Below are positions 29,201-42,954 of a stretch of 64,000 bases of DNA, one piece after another (within the stretch, counting starts at the first letter, position 1; each line of letters opens with the position of its first letter). The translations under genes were made by a program, and so were the position numbers. Under the pieces are notes generated by a model. It made no database searches. It was not told the origin of the DNA and saw only the letters and a list, made by a program, of their open reading frames with translations. Source of the stretch: Auanema rhodensis (taxonomy: Eukaryota; Animalia; Nematoda); assembly GCA_964057225.1 (NCBI GenBank), contig OZ059896.1:5704001-5768000 (forward strand). The letters run 5' to 3'.

Positions 29201-32200
29201 TAGCGAAAAGTAGATGTATTCAGATTCCTTTTTTCAAGGCAAAAACGATGGACAATGTTATTCAACGAAAAAATTAATTCTTCAGGGTGAAAATCGAGGA
29301 TATAAGTGTGAACTTATATCAGTTGATATCTCGGTGCGTTTTTAAGCTAGCGCAAATCTGATAACACAGATCGACGCAGCTTAAAAATCCGCATCGAATG
29401 CACTATACTACATTGAGAAACGCTTAATACAAAAATTAGTTATGATCGTTTGAAAAATGATGCACTAGTGTATGTTGAGTTTCCATGTACACTCAAAATT
29501 GCTTCCAAAAACATTTTGACAAAAATTTTTTCCAAAAATTTCAAAATAATTTAGCAAAAAGTAGATGTTTTTAGATTCCTTTTTTCAAGGCAAAAACGAT
29601 GGACAATGTAATTCAACGAAAAAATTAATTCTTCAGGGTGAAATTCGAGGATATAAGTGTGAACTTATATCAGTTGATATCTCGGTGCATTTTCAAGCTA
29701 GCGAAAATCTGATAGTACAGATCGACGCAGCTTAAAAATCCGCATCGAATGCACTATACTACATTGAGAAAAGCTTAATACAAAAATTAGTTATGATCGT
29801 TTGAAAAATGATGCATTAGTGTATGTTGAGTTTCCATGTACACTCAAAATTGCTTCCAAAAACATTTTGACAAAAATTTTTTCGAAAAATTTCAAGATAA
29901 TTTAGCAAAAAGTAGATGTTTTTAGATTGCTTTTTTCAAGGCAAAAACGATGGACAATGTTATTCAACGAAAAAATTAATTCTTCAGGGTGAAAATCGAG
30001 GATATAAGTGTGAACTTATATCAGTTGATATCTCGGTGCATTTTTAAGCTAGCGCAAATCTGATAGTACAGATCGACGCAGCTTAAAAATCCGCATCGAA
30101 TGCACTATACTACATTGAGAAAAGCTTAATACAAAAATTAGTTATGATCGTTTGAAAAATGATGCATTAGTGTATGTTGAGTTTCCATGTACACTCAAAA
30201 TTGCTTCAAAAACATTTTGACAAAACTTTTTTCGAAAAATTTCAAAATAATTTAGCAAAAAACAGATGTTTTTAGATTCCTTTTTTCAAGGCAAAAACGA
30301 TGGACAATGTTATTCAACGAAAAAATTAATTCTTCAGGGTGAAATTCGAGGATATAAGTGTGAACTTATATCAGTTGATATCTCGGTGCATTTTCAAGCT
30401 AGCGCAAATCTGATAGTACAGATCGACGCAGCTTAAAAATCCGCATCGAATGCACTATACTACATTGAGAAAAGCTTAATACAAAAATTAGTTATGATCG
30501 TTTGAAAAATGATGCATTAGTGTATGTTGAGTTTCCATGTACACTCAACATTGCTTCCAAAAACATTTTGACAAAATTTTTTTCGAAATATTTCAAAATA
30601 ATTTAGCGAAAACTAGATGTATTCAGATTCCTTTTTTCAAGGCAAAAACGATGGACAATGTTATTCAACGAAAAAATTAATTCTTCAGGGTGAAAATCGA
30701 GGATATAAGTGTGAACTTATATCAGTTGATATCTCGGTGCATTTTCAAGCTAGCGCAAATCTGATAGTACAGATCGACGCAGCTTAAAAATCCGCATCGA
30801 ATGCACTATACTACATTGAGAAACGCTTAATACAAAAATTAGTTATGATCGTTTGAAAAATGATGCATTAGTGTATGTTGAGTTTCCATGTACACTCAAA
30901 ATTGCTTCCAAAAACATTTTGACAAAAATTTTTTCCAAAAATTTCAAGATAATTTAGCAAAAAGTAGATGTTTTTAGATTCCTTTTTTCAAGGCAAAAAC
31001 GATGGACAATGTTATTCAACGAAAAAATTAATTCTTCAGGGTGAAAATCGAGGATATAAGTGTGAACTTATATCAGTTGATATCTCGGTGCATTTTTAAG
31101 CTAGCGCAAATCTGATAACACAGATCTACGCAGCTTAAAAATCCGCATCGAATGCACTAAACTACATTGAGAAAAGCTTAGTACAAAAATTAGTTATGAT
31201 CGTTTGAAAAATGATGCATTAGTGTATGTTGAGTTTCCATGTACACTCAAAATTGCTTCCAAAAACATTTTGACAAAAATTTTTTCCAAAAATTTCAAGA
31301 TAATTTAGCAAAAAGTAGATGTTTTTAGATTCCTTTTTTCAAGGCAAAAACGATGGACAATGTTATTCAACGAAAAAATTAATTCTTCAGGGTGAAAATC
31401 GAGGATATAAGTGTGAACTTATATCAGTTGATATCTCGGTGCATTTTCAAGCTAGCGCAAATCTGATAGTACAGATCGACGCAGCTTAAAAATCCGCATC
31501 GAATGCACTATACTACATTGAGAAACGCTTAGTACAAAAATTAGTTATGATCGTTTGAAAAATGATGCATTAGTGTATGTTGAGTTTCCATGTACACTCA
31601 AAATTGCTTCCAAAAACATTTTGACAAAAATTTTTTCCAAAAATTTCAAGATAATTTAGCAAAAAGTAGATGTTTTTAGATTCCTTTTTTCAAGGCAAAA
31701 ACGATGGACAATGTTATTCAACGAAAAAATTAATTCTTCAGGGTGAAAATCGAGGATATAAGTGTGAACTTATATCAGTTGATATCTCGGTGCATTTTCA
31801 AGCTAGCGCAAATCTGATAGTACAGATCGACGCAGCTTAAAAATCCGCATCGAATGCACTATACTACATTGAGAAACGCTTAGTACAAAAATTAGTTATG
31901 ATCGTTTGAAAAATGATGCATTAGTGTATGTTGAGTTTCCATGTACACTCAAAATTGCTTCCAAAAACATTTTGACAAAAATTTTTTCCAAAAATTTCAA
32001 GATAATTTAGCAAAAAGTAGATGTTTTTAGATTCCTTTTTTCAAGGCAAAAACGATGGACAATGATATTCAACCAAAAATTTAATTCTTCAGGGTGAAAA
32101 TCGAGGATATAAGTGTGAACATATATCAGTTGATATCTCGGTGCATTTTTAAGCTAGCGCAAATCTGATAACACAGATCGACGCAGCTTAAAAATCCGCA

Positions 32201-34362
32201 TCGAATGCACTAAACTACATTGAGAAAAGCTTAATACAAAAATTAGTTATGATCGTTTGAAAAATGATGCATTAGTGTATGTTGAGTTTCCATGTACACT
32301 CAACATTGCTTCCAAAAACATTTTGATAAATATTTTTTCGAAAAATTTCAAATTAATTTCGCAAAAAGTAGATGTTTTCAGATACTTTTTTTCAAGGCAA
32401 AGACGATGGACAATGTTATTCAACAAAAAAATTAATTCTTCAGGGTGAAAATCGAGGATATAAGTGTGAACTTATATCAGTTGATATCTCGGTGGATTTT
32501 TAAGCTAGCGCAAATCTGATAACACAGATCTACGCAGCTTAAAAATCCGCATCGAATGCACTAAACTACATTGAGAAAAGCTTAGTACAAAAATTAGTTA
32601 TGATCGTTTGAAAAATGATGCATTAGTGTATGTTGAGTTTCCATGTACACTCAAAATTGCTTCCAAAAACATTTTGACAAAAATTTTTTCGAAAAATTTC
32701 AAGATAATTTAGCAAAAAGTAGATGTTTTTAGATTCCTTTTTTCAAGGCAAAAACGATGGACAATGTTATTCAACGAAAAAATTAATTCTTCAGGGTGAA
32801 AATCGAGGATATAAGTGTGAACTTATATCAGTTGATATCTCGGTGCATTTTCAAGCTAGCGCAAATCTGATAGTACAGATCGACGCAGCTTAAAAATCCG
32901 CATCGAATGCACTATACTACATTGAGAAACGCTTAGTACAAAAATTAGTTATGATCGTTTGAAAAATGATGCATTAGTGTATGTTGAGTTTCCATGTACA
33001 CTCAAAATTGCTTCCAAAAACATTTTGACAAAAATTTTTTCCAAAAATTTCAAGATAATTTAGCAAAAAGTAGATGTTTTTAGATTCCTTTTTTCAAGGC
33101 AAAAACGATGGACAATGATATTCAACCAAAAAATTAATTCTTCAGGGTGAAAATCGAGGATATAAGTGTGAACATATATCAGTTGATATCTCGGTGCATT
33201 TTTAAGCTAGCGCAAATCTGATAACACAGATCGACGCAGCTTAAAAATCCGCATCGAATGCACTAAACTACATTGAGAAAAGCTTAATACAAAAATTAGT
33301 TATGATCGTTTGAAAAATGATGCATTAGTGTATGTTGAGTTTCCATGTACACTCAACATTGCTTCCAAAAACATTTTGATAAATATTTTTTCGAAAAATT
33401 TCAAAATAATTTCGCAAAAAGTAGATGTTTTCAGATACCTTTTTTCAAGGCAAAGACGATGGACAATGTTATTCAACGAAAAAATTAATTCTTCAGGGTG
33501 AAAATCGAGGATATAAGTGTGAACTTATATCAGTTGATATCTCGGTGGATTTTTAAGCTAGCGCAAATCTGATAACACAGATCTACGCAGCTTAAAAATC
33601 CGCATCGAATGCACTAAACTACATTGAGAAAAGCTTAATACAAAAATTAGTTATGATCGTTTGAAAAATGATGCATTAGTGTATGTTGAGTTTCCATGTA
33701 CACTCAACATTGCTTCCAAAAACATTTTGATAAATATTTTTTCGAAAAATTTCAAAATAATTTCGCAAAAAGTAGATGTTTTCAGATACCTTTTTTCAAG
33801 GCAAAGACGATGGACAATGTTATTCAACGAAAAAATTAATTCTTCAGGGTGAAAATCGAGGATATAAGTGTGAACATATATCAGTTGATATCTCGGTGCA
33901 TTTTTAAGCTAGCGCAAATCTGATAACACAGATCGACGCAGCTTAAAAATCCGCATCGAATGCACTGAACTACATTGAGAAAAGCTTAATACAAAAATTA
34001 GTTATGATCGTTTGAAAAATGATGCATTAGTGTATGTTGAGTTTCCATGTACACTCAACATTGCTTCCAAAAACATTTTGATAAATATTTTTTCGAAAAA
34101 TTTCAAATTAATTTCGCAAAAAGTAGATGTTTTCAGATACTTTTTTTCAAGGCAAAGACGATGGACAATGTTATTCAACAAAAAAATTAATTCTTCAGGG
34201 TGAAAATCGAGGATATAAGTGTGAACTTATATCAGTTGATATCTCGGTGGATTTTTAAGCTAGCGCAAATCTGATAACACAGATCTACGCAGCTTAAAAA
34301 TCCGCATCGAATGCACTAAACTACATTGAGAAAAGCTTAGTACAAAAATTAGTTATGATCGT

Positions 34363-37300
34363 TTGAAAAATGATGCATTAGTGTATGTTGAGTTTCCATG
34401 TACACTCAAAATTGCTTCCAAAAACATTTTGACAAAAATTTTTTCCAAAAATTTCAAGATAATTTAGCAAAAAGTAGATGTTTTTAGATTCCTTTTTTCA
34501 AGGCAAAAACGATGGACAATGATATTCAACCAAAAATTTAATTCTTCAGGGTGAAAATCGAGGATATAAGTGTGAACATATATCAGTTGATATCTCGGTG
34601 CATTTTTAAGCTAGCGCAAATCTGATAACACAGATCGACGCAGCTTAAAAATCCGCATCGAATGCACTAAACTACATTGAGAAAAGCTTAATACAAAAAT
34701 TAGTTATGATCGTTTGAAAAATGATGCATTAGTGTATGTTGAGTTTCCATGTACACTCAACATTGCTTCCAAAAACATTTTGATAAATATTTTTTCGAAA
34801 AATTTCAAAATAATTTCGCAAAAAGTAGATGTTTTCAGATACCTTTTTTCAAGGCAAAGACGATGGACAATGTTATTCAACGAAAAAATTAATTCTTCAG
34901 GGTGAAAATCGAGGATATAAGTGTGAACTTATATCAGTTGATATCTCGGTGCATTTTTAAGCTAGCGCAAATCTGATAGTACAGATCGACGCAGCTTAAA
35001 AATCCGCATCGAATGCACTATACTACATTGAGAAACGCTTAATACAAAAATTAGTTATGATCGTTTGAAAAATGATGCATTAGTGTATGTTGAGTTTCCA
35101 TGTACACTCAAAATTGCTTCCAAAAACATTTTGACAAAAATTTTTTCGAAAAATTTCAAGATAATTTAGCAAAAAGTAGATGTTTTTAGATTCCTTTTTT
35201 CAAGGCAAAAACGATGGACAATGTTATTCAACGAAAAAATTAATTCTTCAGGGTGAAAATCGAGGATATAAGTGTGAACATATATCAGTTGATATCTCGG
35301 TGCATTTTTAAGCTAGCGCAAATCTGATAACACAGATCGACGCAGCTTAAAAATCCGCATCGAATGCACTAAACTACATTGAGAAAAGCTTAATACAAAA
35401 ATTAGTTATGATCGTTTGAAAAATGATGCATTAGTGTATGTTGAGTTTCCATGTACACTCAACATTGCTTCCAAAAACATTTTGATAAATATTTTTTCGA
35501 AAAATTTCAAAATAATTTCGCAAAAAGTAGATGTTTTCAGATACCTTTTTTCAAGGCAAAGACGATGGACAATGTTATTCAACGAAAAAATTAATTCTTC
35601 AGGGTGAAAATCGAGGATATAAGTGTGAACTTATATCAGTTGATATCTCGGTGCATTTTTAAGCTAGCGCAAATCTGATAGTACAGATCGACGCAGCTTA
35701 AAAATCCGCATCGAATGCACTATACTACATTGAGAAACGCTTAATACAAAAATTAGTTATGATCGTTTGAAAAATGATGCATTAGTGTATGTTGAGTTTC
35801 CATGTACACTCAAAATTGCTTCCAAAAACATTTTGACAAAAATTTTTTCGAAAAATTTCAAGATAATTTAGCAAAAAGTAGATGTTTTTAGATTCCTTTT
35901 TTCAAGGCAAAAACGATGGACAATGTTATTCAACGAAAAAATTAATTCTTCAGGGTGAAAATCGAGGATATAAGTGTGAACTTATATCAGTTGATATCTC
36001 GGTGCATTTTTAAGCTAGCGCAAATCTGATAGTACAGATCGACGCAGCTTAAAAATCCGCATCGAATGCACTAAACTACATTGAGAAAAGCTTAATACAA
36101 AAATTAGTTATGATCGTTTGAAAAATGATGCATTAGTGTATGTTGAGTTTCCATGTACACTCAACATTGCTTCCAAAAACATTTTGATAAATATTTTTTC
36201 GAAAAATTTCAAGATAATTTAGCAAAAAGTAGATGTTTTTAGATTCCTTTTTTCAAGGCAAAAACGATGGACAATGTTATTCAACGAAAAAATTAATTCT
36301 TCAGGGTGAAAATCGAGGATATAAGTGTGAACTTATATCAGTTGATATCTCGGTGCATTTTCAAGCTAGCGCAAATCTGATAGTACAGATCGACGCAGCT
36401 TAAAAATCCGCATCGAATGCACTATACTACATTGAGAAACGCTTAGTACAAAAATTAGTTATGATCGTTTGAAAAATGATGCATTAGTGTATGTTGAGTT
36501 TCCATGTACACTCAAAATTGCTTCCAAAAACATTTTGACAAAAATTTTTTCCAAAAATTTCAAGATAATTTAGCAAAAAGTAGATGTTTTTAGATTCCTT
36601 TTTTCAAGGCAAAAACGATGGACAATGATATTCAACCAAAAATTTAATTCTTCAGGGTGAAAATCGAGGATATAAGTGTGAACATATATCAGTTGATATC
36701 TCGGTGCATTTTTAAGCTAGCGCAAATCTGATAACACAGATCGACGCAGCTTAAAAATCCGCATCGAATGCACTAAACTACATTGAGAAAAGCTTAATAC
36801 AAAAATTAGTTATGATCGTTTGAAAAATGATGCATTAGTGTATGTTGAGTTTCCATGTACACTCAACATTGCTTCCAAAAACATTTTGATAAATATTTTT
36901 TCGAAAAATTTCAAAATAATTTCGCAAAAAGTAGATGTTTTCAGATACCTTTTTTCAAGGCAAAGACGATGGACAATGTTATTCAACGAAAAAATTAATT
37001 CTTCAGGGTGAAAATCGAGGATATAAGTGTGAACTTATATCAGTTGATATCTCGGTGCATTTTTAAGCTAGCGCAAATCTGATAGTACAGATCGACGCAG
37101 CTTAAAAATCCGCATCGAATGCACTATACTACATTGAGAAACGCTTAATACAAAAATTAGTTATGATCGTTTGAAAAATGATGCATTAGTGTATGTTGAG
37201 TTTCCATGTACACTCAAAATTGCTTCCAAAAACATTTTGACAAAAATTTTTTCGAAAAATTTCAAGATAATTTAGCAAAAAGTAGATGTTTTTAGATTCC

Positions 37301-38570
37301 TTTTTTCAAGGCAAAAACGATGGACAATGTTATTCAACGAAAAAATTAATTCTTCAGGGTGAAAATCGAGGATATAAGTGTGAACATATATCAGTTGATA
37401 TCTCGGTGCATTTTTAAGCTAGCGCAAATCTGATAACACAGATCGACGCAGCTTAAAAATCCGCATCGAATGCACTAAACTACATTGAGAAAAGCTTAAT
37501 ACAAAAATTAGTTATGATCGTTTGAAAAATGATGCATTAGTGTATGTTGAGTTTCCATGTACACTCAACATTGCTTCCAAAAACATTTTGATAAATATTT
37601 TTTCGAAAAATTTCAAAATAATTTCGCAAAAAGTAGATGTTTTCAGATACCTTTTTTCAAGGCAAAGACGATGGACAATGTTATTCAACGAAAAAATTAA
37701 TTCTTCAGGGTGAAAATCGAGGATATAAGTGTGAACTTATATCAGTTGATATCTCGGTGCATTTTTAAGCTAGCGCAAATCTGATAGTACAGATCGACGC
37801 AGCTTAAAAATCCGCATCGAATGCACTATACTACATTGAGAAACGCTTAATACAAAAATTAGTTATGATCGTTTGAAAAATGATGCATTAGTGTATGTTG
37901 AGTTTCCATGTACACTCAAAATTGCTTCCAAAAACATTTTGACAAAAATTTTTTCGAAAAATTTCAAGATAATTTAGCAAAAAGTAGATGTTTTTAGATT
38001 CCTTTTTTCAAGGCAAAAACGATGGACAATGTTATTCAACGAAAAAATTAATTCTTCAGGGTGAAAATCGAGGATATAAGTGTGAACTTATATCAGTTGA
38101 TATCTCGGTGCATTTTTAAGCTAGCGCAAATCTGATAGTACAGATCGACGCAGCTTAAAAATCCGCATCGAATGCACTAAACTACATTGAGAAAAGCTTA
38201 ATACAAAAATTAGTTATGATCGTTTGAAAAATGATGCATTAGTGTATGTTGAGTTTCCATGTACACTCAACATTGCTTCCAAAAACATTTTGATAAATAT
38301 TTTTTCGAAAAATTTCAAAATAATTTCGCAAAAAGTAGATGTTTTCAGATACCTTTTTTCAAGGCAAAGACGATGGACAATGTTATTCAACGAAAAAATT
38401 AATTCTTCAGGGTGAAAATCGAGGATATAAGTGTGAACTTATATCAGTTGATATCTCGGTGCATTTTTAAGCTAGCGCAAATCTGATAGTACAGATCGAC
38501 GCAGCTTAAAAATCCGCATCGAATGCACTATACTACATTGAGAAACGCTTAATACAAAAATTAGTTATGA
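34363..38570 (+). repeat. Local 6-monomer higher-order repeat (2106 bp) built from alternating variant and standard monomers
   Basis: Variant monomers at 34714, 35416 and 36118 recur at 36820, 37522 and 38224. The GATATTCAACC allele occurs at about 34522 and 36628. All are spaced 2106 = 6x351. Boundaries are approximate. Confidence 0.75.
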
Positions 38571-41500
38571 TCGTTTGAAAAATGATGCATTAGTGTATGT
38601 TGAGTTTCCATGTACACTCAAAATTGCTTCCAAAAACATTTTGACAAAAATTTTTTCGAAAAATTCTAAGATAATTTAGCAAAAAGTAGATGTTTTTAGA
38701 TTCCTTTTTTCAAGGCAAAAACGATGGACAATGTTATTCAACGAAAAAATTAATTCTTCAGGGTGAAAATCGAGGATATAAGTGTGAACTTATATCAGTT
38801 GATATCTCGGTGCATTTTTAAGCTAGCGCAAATCTGATAACACAGATCTGCGCAGCCTAAAAATCCGCATCGAATGCACTATACTACATGGAGAAACGCT
38901 CAATACAAAAATTAGTTATGATCGTTTGAAAAATGATGCACTAGTGTATGTTGAGTTTCCATGTACACTCAAAATTGCTTCCAAAAACATTTTGACAAAA
39001 ATTTTTTCCAAAAATTTCAAAATAATTTAGCAAAAAGTAGATGTTTTTAGATTGCTTTTTTCAAGGCAAAAACGATGGACAATGTAATTCAACGAAAAAA
39101 TTAATTCTTCAGGGTGAAAATCGAGGATATAAGTGTGAACTTATATCAGTTGATATCTCGGTGCATTTTCAAGCTAGCGCAAATCTGATAGTACAGATCG
39201 ACGCAGCTTAAAAATCCGCATCGAATGCACTATACTACATTGAGAAACGCTTAGTACAAAAATTAGTTATGATCGTTTGAAAAATGATGCATTAGTGTAT
39301 GTTGAGTTTCCATGTACACTCAAAATTGCTTCCAAAAACATTTTGACAAAAATTTTTTCGAAAAATTTCAAGATAATTTAGCAAAAAGTAGATGTTTTTA
39401 GATTCCTTTTTTCAAGGCAAAAACGATGGACAATGTTATTCAACGAAAAAATTAATTCTTCAAGGTGAAAATCGAGGATATAAGTGTGAACTTATATCAG
39501 TTGATATCTCGGTGCATTTTTAAGCTAGCGCAAATCTGATAACACAGATCTACGCAGCTTAAAAATCCGCATCGAATGCAATATACTACATGGAGAAACG
39601 CTCAATACAAAAATTAGTTATGATCGTTTGAAAAATGATGCACTAGTGTATGTTGAGTTTCCATGTACACTCAAAATTGCTTCCAAAAACATTTTGACAA
39701 AAATTTTTTCCAAAAATTTCAAAATAATTTAGCAAAAAGTAGATGTTTTTAGATTGCTTTTTTCAAGGCAAAAACGATGGACAATATAATTCAACGAAAA
39801 AATTAATTCTTCAGGGTGAAAATCGAGGATATAAGTGTGAACTTATATCAGTTGATATCTCGGTGCATTTTCAAGCTAGCGCAAATCTGATAGTACAGAT
39901 CGACGCAGCTTAAAAATCCGCATCGAATGCACTATACTACATTAAGAAACGCTTAGTACAAAAATTAGTTATGATCGTTTGAAAAATGATGCATTAGTGT
40001 ATGTTGAGTTTCCATGTACACTCAAAATTGCTTCCAAAAACATTTTGACAAAAATTTTTTCGAAAAATTTCAAGATAATTTAGCAAAAAGTAGATGTTTT
40101 TAGATTCCTTTTTTCAAGGCAAAAACGATGGACAATGTTATTCAACGAAAAAATTAATTCTTCAGGGTGAAAATCGAGGATATAAGTGTGAACATATATC
40201 AGTTGATATCTCGGTGCATTTTTAAGCTAGCGCAAATCTGATAACACAGATCGACGCAGCTTAAAAATCCGCATCGAATGCACTAAACTACATTGAGAAA
40301 AGCTTAATACAAAAATTAATTATGATCGTTTGAAAAATGATGCATTAGTGTATGTTGAGTTTCCATGTACACTCAACATTGCTTCCAAAAACATTTTGAT
40401 AAAAATTTTTTCGAAAAATTTCAAGATAATTTCGCAAAAAGTAGATGTTTTCAGATACCTTTTTTCAAGGCAAAGACGATGGACAATGTTATTCAACGAA
40501 AAAATTAATTCTTCAGGGTGAAAATCGAGGATATAAGTGTGAACTTATATCAGTTGATATCTCGGTGCATTTTTAAGCTAGCGCAAATCTGATAACACAG
40601 ATCGACGCAGCTTAAAAATCCGCATCGAATGCACTATACTACATTAAGAAAAGATCAATACAAAAATTAGTTATGATCGTTTGAAAAATGATGCATTAGT
40701 GTATGTTGAGTTTCCATGTACACTCAAAATTGCTTCCAAAAACATTTTGACAAAAATTTTTTCGAAATATTTCAAAATAATTTAGCGAAAAGTAGATGTA
40801 TTCAAATTCCTTTTTTCGAAGCAAAAACGATGGACAATGTTATTCAACGAAAAAATTAATTCTTCAGGGTGAAAATCGAGGATATAAGTGTGAACTTATA
40901 TCAGTTGATATCTCGGTGCATTTTTAAGCTAGCGCAAATCTGATAACACAGATCTACGCAGCTTAAAAATCCGCATCGAATGCACTAAACTACATTAAGA
41001 AAAGATCAATACAAAAATTAGTTATGATCGTTTGAAAAATGATGCATTAGTGTATGTTGAGTTTCCATGTACACTCAAAATTGCTTCCAAAAACATTTTG
41101 ACAAAAATTTTTTCGAAATATTTCAAAATAATTTAGCGAAAAGTAGATGTATTCAAATTCCTTTTTACGAAGCAAAAACGATGGACAATGTTATTCAACG
41201 AAAAAATTAATTCTTCAGGGTGAAAATCGAGGATATAAGTGTGAACTTATATCAGTTGATATCTCGGTGCATTTTCAAGCTAGCGCAAATCTGATAACAC
41301 AGATCTACGCAGCTTAAAAATCCGCATCGAATGCACTATATTACATTGAGTAAAGCTTAATACAAAAATTAGTTATGATCGTTTGAAAAATGATGCACTA
41401 GTGTATGTTGAGTTTCCATGTACACTCAAAATTGCTTCCAAAAACATTTTGACAAAAATTTTTTCCAAAAATTTCAAAATAATTTAGCAAAAAGTAGATG

Positions 41501-41703
41501 TTTTTAGATTCCTTTTTTCAAGGCAAAAACGATGGACAATGTAATTCAACGAAAAAATTAATTCTTCAGGGTGAAAATCGAGGATATAAGTGTGAACTTA
41601 TATCAGTTGATATCTTGGTGCATTTTCAAGCTAGCGCAAATCTGATAGTACAGATCGACGCAGCTTAAAAATCCGCATCGAATGCACTATACTACATTGA
41701 GAA

Positions 41704-41714
41704 TTTATGTTTAT
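41704..41714. other. Junction filler between satellite A and satellite B (TTTATGTTTAT)
   Basis: A matches up to CATTGAGAA (41703) and B starts at CTTTAATTTATGC (41715). AATTTATG at 41702-41709 duplicates 41719-41726, and TTTAT is repeated again at 41710-41714. Confidence 0.85.
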
Positions 41715-42954
41715 CTTTAATTTATGCTAATTAAATGTACACGTGATGTGCACTTGGTATGTAACTCGCTTCACGTGAAAGATAAAGAGATGCGGTTTTC
41801 AAAATTAGATTTCCCATGTCCATATTAGTCTAAAAACAAATTTTTATTGATATTGGTGCATGGTAACCATGACTTTGAAATTTACGTGAACTTTAATTTA
41901 TGCTAATTAAATGTACACGTGATGTGCACTTGGTATGTAACTCGCTTCACGTGAAAAATAAAGAGATGCGGTTTTCAAAATTAGATTTCCCATGTCAATA
42001 TTAGTCTAAAAACAAATTTTTATTGATATTGGTGCATGGTAACCATGACTTTGAAATTTACGTGAACTTTAATTTATGCTAATTAAATGTACACGTGATG
42101 TGCACTTGGTATGTAACTCGCTTCACGTGAAAAATAAAGAGATGCGGTTTTCAAAATTAGATTTCCCATGTCAATATTAGTCTAAAAACAAATTTTTATT
42201 GATATTGGTGCAGGGTAACCATGACTTTGAAATTTACGTGAACTTTAATTTATGCTAATTAAATGTACACGTGATGTGCACTTGGTATGTAACTCGCTTC
42301 ACGTGAAAGATAAAGAGATGCGGTTTTCAAAATTAGATTCCCCATGTCAATATTAGTCTAAAAACAAATTTTTATTGATATTGGTTCATGGTAACCATGA
42401 CTTTGAAATTTACGTGAACTTTAATTTATGCTAATTAAATGTACACGTGATGTGCACTTGGTATGTAACTCGCTTCACGTGAAAGATAAATGAGTGCGGT
42501 TTTCAAAATTAGATTTCCCATGTCCATATTAGTCTAAAAACAAATTTTTATTGATATTGGTGCATGGTAACCATGACTTTGAAATTTACGTGAACTTTAA
42601 TTTATGCTAATTAAATTTACACGTGATGTGCACTTGGTATGTAACTCGCTTCACGTGAAAGATAAAGAGATGCGGTTTTCAAAATTAGATTCCCCATGTC
42701 AATATTAGTCTAAAAACAAATTTTTATTGAGATTGGTGCATGGTAACCATGACTTTGAAATTTACGTGAACTTTAATTTATGCTAATTAAATGTACACGT
42801 GATGTGCACTTGGTATGTAACTCGCTTCACGTGAAAGATAAAGAGATGCGGTTTTCAAAATTAGATTTCCCATGTCCATATTAGTCTAAAAACAAATTTT
42901 TATTGATATTGGTTCATGGTAACCATGACTTTGAAATTTACGTGAACTTTAATT
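41715..42954 (+). repeat. Satellite B, short block: 176-bp monomer, 7 copies plus 8 bp
   Basis: TGCTAATTAAAT recurs at 41725, 41901, 42077 ... 42781. The block begins with CTTTAATT (41715) and ends with CTTTAATT (42947-42954), 1232 = 7x176 apart. Confidence 0.98.

Larger units (their letters stand above)
1..41703 (+). repeat. Satellite A: head-to-tail tandem array, 351-bp monomer, 118 full copies plus 286 bp (continues beyond window start)
   Basis: ATGTACACTCAAAATTGCTTCC recurs at 1, 352, 703 ... 41418. ORF-track starts differ by exact multiples of 351, apart from one 1-bp deletion near 30207. Copies differ mainly by substitutions at a recurring set of polymorphic sites. About 31% GC with many A/T tracts. 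Confidence 0.99.

Noticed and set aside
18218-40521. Thirteen near-identical 63-aa ORFs (MKNDALVYVEF...)
   Set aside because: They start at TTG inside satellite monomers and are open only because one SNP (TAG to TCG) removes a stop present in most copies. One sibling at 16814 has its own internal TGA. There is no recognisable domain or gene context.
1-41703. Tandem RNA genes (5S rRNA, tRNA, snRNA or spliced leader)
   Set aside because: No recognisable 5S sequence, cloverleaf, Pol III A/B boxes or leader sequence was found in either monomer. An Rfam/Infernal search would settle it.
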